Shown here piece after piece: positions 12,291 to 22,173 of a stretch of 64,000 bases of DNA. Position 1 is the first letter of the stretch. Every line of letters starts with the position of its first letter. This stretch comes from Neoechinorhynchus agilis (taxonomy: Eukaryota; Animalia; Acanthocephala), in contig CM121341.1 in NCBI GenBank assembly GCA_051530055.1, positions 18,888,784 to 18,952,783 on the forward strand. Reading direction: 5' to 3'. Made by a program: the position numbers and the translations under genes. The notes beneath the pieces are model-generated. The model searched no databases and was not told the DNA's origin. It was given only the letters and a program-made list of their open reading frames with translations.

Positions 12291-13492
12291 ATGAACAATC
12301 AAAGGTGTAATATTCCTCGTTTTCTAATACTTCCACGCGGAAACGATGTATTCACTTACCGAGTTATTCTACATGAATCTCTCACAACCGATCGAACCGG
12401 ATTTGTGGGATTATCAGATTTTTTAGCGGATTTGAACTTGTGCCTGAAATTGCTAGACCGCCTTAATAATGAAATACTTAGTAGTGTTCTTTTCAAAAAT
12501 GAGGCAAGCATCACTAGGGAACATATAGGGGATCTAATATCAAATTCAAAGTTAAATTACGAAATGCATTTTGATTATATCATTCGTGTGTGCGATAAAA
12601 GTCGTACTGTTATAATTAAAAAGCCAAATTCGGAGGTTGCACCCGCAAACAATTCCGTCGATCACCACTCCTCGGACGAAAATTTTGAAAACGGCGAACA
12701 AATTCAGAATACCACAGGTAAGTTTAAAATATTCTTTAATTAAAAACTAATATAATCCTTTTAGACCACGCCCAAGAAGAAATTGCAAATGAAAACTCAA
12801 TTGAAGATTTGCACAGCGACCCCAGTGATGACTGGTCAGGAATCGATAGTTTTGATGACCAAGCAAATCGACCCATCCCATCAAGTGATAGCGACTACGT
12901 TGTTAGCGCTGAATCTTCCACCGCTACCGCTTGCAGTTCAAAGACTGACAACAATTCCGATGGAACTTTAGAAGGAAAAATGCGGCCAGTACGAGTTCAT
13001 CAAAACAAAATTAACCAAAATATAAGATTTGAAGACAGTTGGGAGAATATGATTTCTTCGTCCGAGGAATATGACGGGAAATATATTGAAGTAACTGAGC
13101 TAAAGCCGGAAGAAGAAGATGACGCTGGATAATAAAGGCGAATAACGGCAGAAGGTGTACCGGAACCAGACGCTTTATCTAATATCAGAAGTCACAGGCG
13201 GGCACATATTTCATGGATAAAGCTAATGAAAAAAAAGGAAGAGGAAGATAAGCATACCGACTGGTCCGAAGCTACTAAGGAATACCGCGATTATGATTGG
13301 AGGATTTTTTTAAACAGCGATGCTAATAGGAATGTCGAACAACTGCTGCGTTTCGACTTTGATTGGAAAATTCTTTATGGAGACTCAGATATGCAAGAAG
13401 CAGAAGAAGCAGATGAAGCAGAAAAATCTATGTCAGCAAAGAATGATAAATCTGATGACAGTGAAGAATCTCCGGTGCGGAAACAACTGTGA
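12291..13492 (+). CDS. Orphan protein with an acidic/Ser-rich C-terminal half; probably 3 exons
   Basis: ATG follows ttttag. The canonical 47-nt intron 12718-12764 joins ORF 12291 to ORF 12809 in frame. The same frame resumes after TAA TAA at 13130-13135. No family recognised. Confidence 0.5.
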
Positions 13493-14043
13493 TTCAAATT
13501 AAATTATGGGGTTGGCGGAACGTTGCTGCAAAGCCGGTAAAAGTGTATAGCGTTTGTAACTGATAACTATAAAACAAATAAATATTTGCAACTCTTATTT
13601 GAGTGCGGAAATGAGAGGATAAAGTAGTTTTGCTCATTTGTGATGTTTGTTTAAATTGTCTGTCAAATGCAAAGCATCGGAATAGAAGCAAATTTATGCT
13701 GGAAGAGATAATTGCAACATATTGCTGCACACTTTCTGATTGAAATGTGTTGTTGGGACCGTCTTTTTATACATTTGCCGATATTGATGAATCTCTTAGA
13801 GATTTTATCGTAAGAATTTGTCAATCTGTCATAAGGATCTGTCAAGGACAACAATTTTCCTAAGTTTAATCCATCACAATAATAAAATCAAAATGACTTT
13901 AAGCTCATTAAATAGGAATATAACATTTTGAATTTAAAATATTTGTGCCAAAATAACAACAATACCGATTATGCGGTCCTCAGCTCGGGGACAGTTGATG
14001 TATCGTTATCTTTGATTGTGCAATCCCGACGAATCTTTTCCCT

Positions 14044-14300
14044 TTGGGTTTCATTGACGAGACTAAAATCTTAACGATGTGCCTACGATTTTCAGAGTTA
14101 TGGCATTTAGCTTTTCAATGCAAGGAGGCTCCTGTAAGCATATTTTGTGCTGCTGCAACTCGGCGATCAGTGAAAGAGGTGATCTCTGTTGAACTCCATT
14201 TCTGGAAAAAAGATTTGGATTCCATCAAGTATTGAATCTTAGAAATCATATTAAGACCTTATGTCTAATGCCCCGAATACTTTGTTTAGATTCAGTTGGA
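14044..14300 (+). mobile_element. Possible Tc1/mariner DDE transposase remnant
   Basis: FIDETKI resembles the first-Asp motif, and DSIKY*ILEIILRPY resembles the Tc1 'YxxIL..L.P' motif. Stops present. Confidence 0.35.
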
Positions 14301-15854
14301 TTAATAGTTTATTTGCATCAACGATCTCATTCATAAAATGGAGTTCCGCTAACAGAGATTGTATTCTACAGCGACGAATAAACCCGTGAAAATCTGTGGA
14401 ATTAGATGACAAGAATCTTAAAATGTATATATTTAGAATTTATCATTCGTTTAAGACACGAGATGATCGATTTTCTAGAGTTGTTCTTCGATGAAAAAAC
14501 TTCGACTTTACCTCGCCTTAGAAAGGAATGCGAGGGTACTACACTAATTGACTTGAATCATTTATACACTGAGCAAGAATACCTGCAAGAAAATCGCTAT
14601 GGTACGAAGGTTTGCCCAATGACAAATTACTATCATAAAGGACTTAATAACAAACAGAAACCGCTTGTTGATAACTTAGTAGCATATTGAAGATTCCAAT
14701 GGAACTCAGCAGAGAAATTTACTCGAGGACAACTAAAAGAGAAACCAAGCGCTTAAATCCAAAGCGAACTATACAAATCACAGCGCACGAAACGGGTCAG
14801 AATGAAGCGAATCGAATTTAGAAAAAAGCTAAAAAACAACAACAAGGAGATATCTGCAATCCAAGGAGACCGAGAATCTAAATCAAAGTCGAAAATGTCA
14901 CAAGAAAGGAGAAGTCTGATCCACATCCATCTTTCCAATAGTGACAGAACCTCAGAATCTAATGGAAACCAAGAGCATTCAACTTGACAAAGAGATCAAA
15001 ACACAAAAAAGCAAGATCGTTGTTGTGTCGTTTGGTAAAAGGCGTAATCGCTAGGTTTATGCGTCGTTTACAAGGGATCCTTCGATTTACATCGAAATCT
15101 ATTCTAAAATGTAAACTGATAACTGCTAAGTAAAAAACTCTCTCTGAGTGTAAAATTCTGACGTTTACAATTTCTTTAAAACGCAAACACAATAACGTTC
15201 AAGTAAAATCAAACATTCTCACGAACAAAAGTTTTTCTAGGTTTTTCCATTGCTTCATCTACTCTGAAACATCAGTCTGCAATTTTAGTGCGGAACAAAG
15301 TTAGATGATTTCCGCAGTTCAAAATATTACCGCAATTCCATGGAAAAATTGAAAGATTGATTTCCTTTTTAAATGAACTTGAATCACCCTTCAGTTTAAG
15401 AAGTCGAAATGCTCGAATTCATTTTAAATCACTCGAAAGAGCGCATCGACCCCGATCTATTAAAATAGCGAACGAAACGTGCACTCGATTCGACGTTGAA
15501 AAACAAAAATTTGTAAATAGGAAAGAAAGCCGGTTTTGTTTTTAGGCGTCGATCGCATTACGTCGACATATTCATTTATTGACTTTACGTTTTGTTATCG
15601 TCAGAGAATTACCAACGTTCACATAATAAAACGTATTTTAGACTTCAAGAGTTGTTTACAATATACGCGCTTTTTTTTAAAAGCATAGAATTATTGAAAA
15701 AATTAATCTTCTTTCAATTCTTATTTCGAATGTCTCCGATTGACCGAAAAGCAGAAAGTACTTCAAACTAAAGAAGTTTTCGACAAATTCGAATTGTTAG
15801 ACTGAAGCAAGCTGTTATATTTTATTTTACTATTAATGTTGTGAAGTACTAAAT

Positions 15855-17672
15855 ATATTTTTTTATACACTCGATTTTTTTAGGCAGTATTGTTTTCTAT
15901 TTGGTTACTTTTCTTTACATTCACCACCTCCCACCAAATTCCAGCTTTTGTCCTTCCTCGACCGTCGCCATCACGCTGGCAGCATTGCCCCGTTGTACTG
16001 CCAGCGAGATATTTTGTCGAAGAAATAAGCCTGCTCTTGAGTCTCCGGTTGCCTCTCTCAATTTCTTCGAGAGATCCTTGAGCAGAGAGAGTGCCGAGCT
16101 GCCGAGCGCTCCATACGTCTCTACCCCAAAGGGGACAAAATAGTGAGCCCTCGATAGCTGCATATATTTTCGTACCTTCCTCCCTTCCGCTGCACTGGCG
16201 GCACCACCGGCGATTTCGAGGGAGTAGGGGATGTTGCTGGCTGCGAGGGTGTCCACACACGTGGCGTCCCAGAGAAGGCATTTGCCCTCCCGCCACGGGA
16301 AGACCGAAATTCCATCGGGCCTACGGCCGTCTAGTCTGCAGAGGTGGGCGGGTTCCAGGATGTTCGGGAAGTTCGCCGTTCTCAACGCCCGAGAAATTAC
16401 GTTATTGATTTCAGAATGGCGTGAAAACCTTCCTGCTGACCTTCTGCAGACGAGACCGTGTCGCCCGAAAGCATCAACCAAAGACCCACATCGACAGCGA
16501 TGGGGCGTGCATATCGGGAGACCGAGTCTTAAGGATACTGCGATCCTCGTCACCTCGTCAGTAAGAAGAGTTCCCACAGATGCCAGAGGAACAGCCTCCA
16601 ACCACGCCCCAGATTCTCGTGTTGAAACTGCCAACAGTCTAGCTCGGACGACCCCATCGCGAGAACCTGAAAGAAGAGAGCTGTGAGCTCTCGCGACAAG
16701 AGGTCCGTCCCAGATCGACTGTCTGAGGCCATTCACGGGAACTTGGTTAGCGCCTGTCTGCTGGCACCATTCCTCAACCGCCACCACGAAATCCCGGTCA
16801 AGACAAAACTTTTCTTTCAAAATGTTCTTCGAGACTGGTAGGCTCCCCTCAAACGATCCAAGAAAGGCCGGCAAAGCAAGGTCGACTAGTGCCCGAATTC
16901 CCAATCCCCCAGATGACACAGGCAAAGAAGCTTGTCGCCACGCCTCATCTGAGAGCTGGACATTTAAAATACGCTCGAGGCAAGCCCTCACCTTATTGTC
17001 CAGCTTTGCCAATCCTTCTTTGTGTTTGAAAAATGTTGCTGTGCGAACCTTGTACAATAATTTGGGGATGAAGAGCGCGTTCTTTATGAGAAACAAGGCT
17101 TCATGAGCCGAGAGAGCGCACACCCTATCGCACAGCAACGAAAGTTTCGGTATGATATGGCCGATCTCATCTTCCACATTTGAATCGAAGACACAACTGC
17201 CCAAGAGGCTGAGTTGTTCCCGAGTCACGAGTTTCAGACCTGGAGCTACGGCCTCGAACCCAGCCATTAGTTCTTTGACTTTAGCGGCGTCTCCAATATT
17301 CAGTACAAGGAGCTCACATTTTCCAGCATTAAGCTCAATGCCCATCTTCGAGGTCTCCCTAATCAGCGTCTCCAAATCGCGCAGTACAACGGAGGGATCA
17401 CCTCCGAGCGTAGCGTCATCCAAGTACCAAGCGTTGAAGCTGGAATGGAGAGAATGCGCTATTGGGTTTACTGTTAGGGAGAATCCGATTGGACCGAGGG
17501 GATCTCCTTGCTGCACTCCTCTTTCGGACCAAATGAGGTGGTCTTCGAAAAGCAAAGGAATCGCCGTCCCGTAGGCATTGAGAAAATACTGGAAGGCTTC
17601 TCTTGCGTGATCCCTAATTGCGCGGAACATGCTTTCTCTATTAAGAGAGTTAAAGGCGTTCCGAAAATCGCA
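15855..17672 (-). mobile_element. 5'-truncated CRE-clade non-LTR retrotransposon (RT + zinc finger + RLE), open frame
   Basis: DFRNAFNSLNR, GVQQGDPLGP, WYLDD, CRCG..HGLVC..RHSEIN, RPDG, WDATCVDT, QRGNA. Both ends are defined by the empty site at 174/188. Confidence 0.93.
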
Positions 17673-18094
17673 AAAATAAAATTTAAACCTTTTTGGTCCT
17701 TTGCTTACACCCTGCAAAGATATGCTCATAGAAATTGGGTTTATTTAACTAATTTTAGTTTCTTAAATACTAGGCGATAGGGGAACTTTTAAAGATCCTT
17801 GTTCAGTCGCACATCAATCGATTGTCAAATAATATTCTTTTTCTGGACCGATCAACAAGTGCAATGAATAAACCATATCGATTTCCTTAATTCTGTACAC
17901 ACGATGAATTGTTCGAAAGTATTGTCAATTAAGATTTGTTATTTATAAGTGTAACAACCAGAAAGAAATAATATGTGGAATTAAAAGAAATATGGACGTG
18001 AAAAAGCATTTGGTATTCCTGATTTCGGGTTCAAAACGTAATTCTTGCGATAATTTGAAAGGTTAATCTCGCCAAAGAATACACATAATATTTT

Positions 18095-18136
18095 ATTGAA
18101 ATATTTCGACCCTCACGTGGGCCTTCTTCAGTCAAT
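18095..18136 (-). ncRNA. Minimal hammerhead ribozyme (family A)
   Basis: Identical to 610-651. Confidence 0.85.
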
Positions 18137-18656
18137 CTGAAAAGGTCAGGGTTTTTTGCGATCGCTTTTCCACTCCCCCTTATCAGGCGGTATTCTGAGT
18201 TTCAGTTTGTAGTCCGCTTTGTTACCTTCGAAAGTTGGAAGGTATTTGATGCAACTGGCTTCCATCACCAATCGTCCGAATCGATCCTGATTACGTGACA
18301 ACACCTTTGTGTTGTTGAAATCGATTCGATGACCAGTTTTCATGACATGCGTGACTACTGCTGAGCTAAGATCCTTCTTTTTGCTAACTGCACATTTCTG
18401 TTATCGGATTCGTCTGTCGATATTAATAGTTTGCCCGACATACACTTCGTCACAGTACATGCAAGGGATCTTATAGACCTACTCAGGTCGTGGCTCCGTT
18501 TTTATATTTGAGATGATCGTATTCAAAGTTCTACCTCTCCTGCAAAAAACTTCGATCGCCAACTCGTCATTCGCATACTTGATTGTCCTTTTCATGTTCC
18601 TAAATGGAACTTCATCAAGGAAAGGTACTTCGAGAAAAATATTCTCCTTTTTAATA

Positions 18657-18872
18657 TTTGAGATATGGGAATTTAAAGTAAGAATTAATTTATTGAATTG
18701 AATATTTCGATCCAAACTAGGATCTTCTTCGGCAATTTGTAAATTAATCTAATCGACCAATTTACAAATTGCTGAAGAAGATCCTAGTTTGGATCGAAAT
18801 ATTCAATTCAATAAATTAATTCTTACTTCAAATTCCCATATCTCAAACATATGGATTTCATTTTCAACAGTT
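18657..18872. mobile_element. Miniature palindromic double-hammerhead insertion with a 10-bp TSD
   Basis: 89-bp arms 18657-18745 and 18759-18847 (2 mismatches), a 13-bp spacer and a 25-bp tail. TSD ctttttaata at 18647-18656 and 18873-18882. The uninterrupted site is visible at 1452-1461. Confidence 0.9.
18767..18808 (+). ncRNA. Minimal hammerhead ribozyme (family B)
   Basis: AATTG CTGAAGA A GATCC tagttt GGATC GAAA TATT CAATT. The mirror copy at 18696-18737 (-) has CCGAAGA. Confidence 0.9.
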
Positions 18873-19586
18873 CTTTTTAATAGTTGGCGATTTTCCGAAA
18901 CTGTATTTGACATCTTTGAAGCACTTCTCCACTAGGTGTAGGGAATATCCCAGCGACCCCGACTTTTCGATGATATATTTGATCTCCTCATTTCGTATGT
19001 GTTCATTACTACAGTGTGTGAAGGCTCTATAAAACAAGGGTCTTACTCTAGACACCTTGTACATTTGAGATTGCATGGTATTCCACGGTACGAAACCGTT
19101 TGAGACTCCTCGTTTCCTGTATACACTTGTCGTGTAAAGTAATCCACTCCGTTGGATAGAAACGTCAAGAAATGAAAAATGACCATGGTCCTCAATCTCC
19201 ATCGTCCACTGGATGTTCATGTCTTTTGTGTTGAGTTGTTTATGGAGATCTGCAGGCGTCACGAGAGATGGATCCATCAAAATGAACGTGTCGTCGACGT
19301 ATCTGGTCCCGAATACGATACTAGGAATGGAATTTAAGAAATCCAATTCCCAACCTTACAAACGCTTCTGCAAGCAATAAACACGAATTACCACCAGAAT
19401 GGGCCTGGATATTGTCACCCGCCGGACTCGTAATCCACTCCAAAATCAATAGCCAGTTTCATTTTTCAATCAAAACTCAAGTGTTTATGAGGACCCAAAG
19501 GTACATGGGTCCTCTTCGTTGTGAATCAACAAATAAAACGTATTATTATGTTCGATGTCAGTATTCGAGCTGCAATAAGCAAACGC

Positions 19587-20870
19587 TCATTGTACCAATG
19601 ATTCGTGGTTGAGAGGAGATCCATGGAACCATGTCATCTGGAGAGTTACAGCGGTAAGCCTTAGAAGCTTGCTTTGAAGAAGTTTCAAAATGGAGGTTAT
19701 CCATGGTGGGTCGCGGTTGGAGATACTAAGGAATTTATTGGGAATTGCCGAAGTTAGCGAATTTTTCATGATTGAGGTCAGGGATGACATGACCAAGGAA
19801 GGGTCATTTGTGTTGTCAGAGTGAAACGTGCGAATATTAGAGTTGAGCAAGATTTTAAACGCTGAGGTGGGGTGGATGGAGTAATAAGGGCAGAAGAGTG
19901 GTCAGAGTTCGCGGGGGAGGGAGTTTAGAGGCGAATGAATAGGGGTCGATATTTGTGAATACTTTGTAGAGGTGAGCGCCAAGACGAGTTGGGAAGTCAA
20001 TGAGTTGACCCAACTCGGAGAAGGGTAGAAGAGAAAATAGATTATTGAAGTTTCCTGCAATTAAGAAATGATGTGAATTTGTGGAGTGGGCAATAGACGC
20101 CAGTAATTGTGAATTCTCAGAAATGAACTGCGATGAATTCTAGATCGGCTTTTATAGAGAGCTATGAGAGATAAAGAGTATGGTAGCGATTGTCGTACGT
20201 AAATTGAGACCCCCTCCTGGACGGTTCGCGCGGTGTGTATGGAAGGAAGAGTACTCAGGAAGGATGGCTGAATTGCTGTTGAATGGAGTAAGCCACGTTT
20301 CTTCTTCCTTTTGCTTTTTTCTCACTCGTTCAGATGTTTCTTCGACCTTTTGTTCAACCTTATCGTTCTTAGTAGTTACTTCAGCTGTATTCCTTTCGCT
20401 TTTCCTATCGTTACCTTTTATCTTAGTCACAATATCATGCTCCTTCACAGTAATTTTCGAATCATTAATTACTGCAGGCTGAATACCCTCCTGAAGGCGG
20501 TACCAAGTCCCTAGTAATTGTTGAAATATTCGCTGTCTTTTGGATAACACTCCTTTCCAACGAATCTTCGTTTGAGTATGGCATACTGAGGAATCTTCCA
20601 AAAGCGTATTCTCAGCCGATTTATGTAAGCCTTTAGCTCATTTCTTAGGATTCCCCTTTGAAATCTTTGCCTCTTTGTACTGTTAGTTTTTTCCCTTTGT
20701 ACTTTTTGACTTCGACTAACTTTTTACTTTTGGGAGCTTCAATTTCGCACTGAATAGCCTCCGCTAATATTTCTTTAACTGTGCTCATCGCTTCAAGTAA
20801 TGAGTCCTTTAGAGTTTCAGTGACTCGTTCAAAACACTTCTTTTGTGCAATTGGTCGATTCTCGTTCACC
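19587..20870 (-). mobile_element. Decayed LINE: ORF1-like coiled/basic region plus APE endonuclease
   Basis: HRANRPGGG, NSDH (~19905) and RDPPWIT motifs in broken frames. Confidence 0.6.
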
Positions 20871-20984
20871 GTTCATTGATTTGTTGAGTGAGGCGTTGAC
20901 GAGAGAGGACGAAGCGTTGACGAGAGAGAGGATGAGGCGTTGACACCCCCCACGAACACTTTTAAGAAAGGACATAATTATTCG

Positions 20985-21200
20985 ACTCAAGGGGTTTATA
21001 AGGCATACATCGGTCAAACAATGCAGGGAATTAAGGATAGAATGGTTCAATGTAAACAGGCCTGTCACCATTTTGAACAATAATCCGCTATATCCAGTTA
21101 CAGATCTGCCGAGTAAGAGATGATCTAAACACGTACGCATTTTGTTGAGAAGGAGCAAGGCGTTGGAAGACTTATTATTTTGGAAGGTTAACATATCATG
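20985..21200 (+). mobile_element. GIY-YIG endonuclease fragment of a second Penelope family
   Basis: Manual translation GVYKAYIGQTMQGIKDRM..EKEQGVGRLIILEG*HI. Confidence 0.55.
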
Positions 21201-21399
21201 GTTTCCAACACAATGGAAGGAAGCAAAACTAAATTAAATCTACCATTGACGTGTTAAAAATCAATGAAAAGCGTAGTAAAACGCACGGGGTTACGCGGGC
21301 GGACACACGGCCCCGAACTTCGAGCATCCCGCGAGCCCGAGCCATAAATATTTCATAACATGTTTTTATATGGCGTAGAAAATTAAAGGAATTTTATTA

Positions 21400-21440
21400 A
21401 ATTTGATATTTCGGCACAATCTTGTGCCTTCATCATAGTC
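21400..21440 (-). ncRNA. Degenerate hammerhead (family D)
   Basis: aTGATGA A GGCAC aagatt GTGCC GAAA TATC. The flank matches 56818-56860. Confidence 0.6.
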
Positions 21441-22173
21441 TAAAAACACACACATGGGTGGGTGGTGGTTACATTCAAACTGTACTTAGATTCAATTTAA
21501 AGTACGCCTTAATCTTCAGTCAACTGTTTCATTTTCGAAACAATAAAGTACGTTTTAACCGGGAGTCACAATTTTAATTAATAGATTTCTATGAAGAGGA
21601 CGAAGAGTAGAACGATGAGAGAGGAATTGAGAAGGGTAAGAGCTTTCGATCACAACTGCATAATTGACATGAATGGGTAAAGATAGAACGGGAACTCCTT
21701 CTTCAAAGCGGTACTGAACATAATTGTCGATTGGTCACTTTTTAAAACATTAAATGAGCACACTCAGATTGCTTTTAACCAAGCATATTTCAATTAATGA
21801 AGTCAATAATAATAAAAATCTATATAACGTTCCGTACACGTCATAACAACCAATAATCGATACGGAAGAAAAATGATTATTTCTTGCATTGTGCACTTTT
21901 TCACACGAAAATGATAATAAGACGGAATTGTTATTGTTGATGATAATCCAAAAAGAGTGTTTGCTGCGTGGTGCCATGTTCTTGATTTGGTAAGTCTTTT
22001 TGTTGGACCTGTCGAAAAATGCTAAGATTTTAGTTGGAAAATTCGGGTGGCCAAAAAGCGTGGCAAATAGTAGGGATTACGTGCGTTTCGACTAACGTCA
22101 TAATACTTGAAAGATTTTATACGAAAGAATTATCGTCGACTGTTACTAATTGAACCATAGGAACTCTCACACA

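Larger units (their letters stand above)
18086..19355 (-). mobile_element. Second copy of the same 5'-truncated Penelope element, interrupted by a palindromic insertion
   Basis: Matches 981-2024, with the same 5' end (ggttgg..gatttcttaaattcc) and the same frameshift. Extra TAG near 18480. Confidence 0.92.

Noticed and set aside
17673-17729. N-terminus of the 602-aa ORF (MSISLQGV..)
   Set aside because: It is read from flanking DNA that also exists at 188-245. The element is 5'-truncated at DFRNAF.
21285-21345. GC-rich motif resembling 44170-44230 (acgcgggc..cccc), considered as an HDV/twister ribozyme or Helitron end
   Set aside because: The required pseudoknot or CTRR geometry could not be built; similarity is short.
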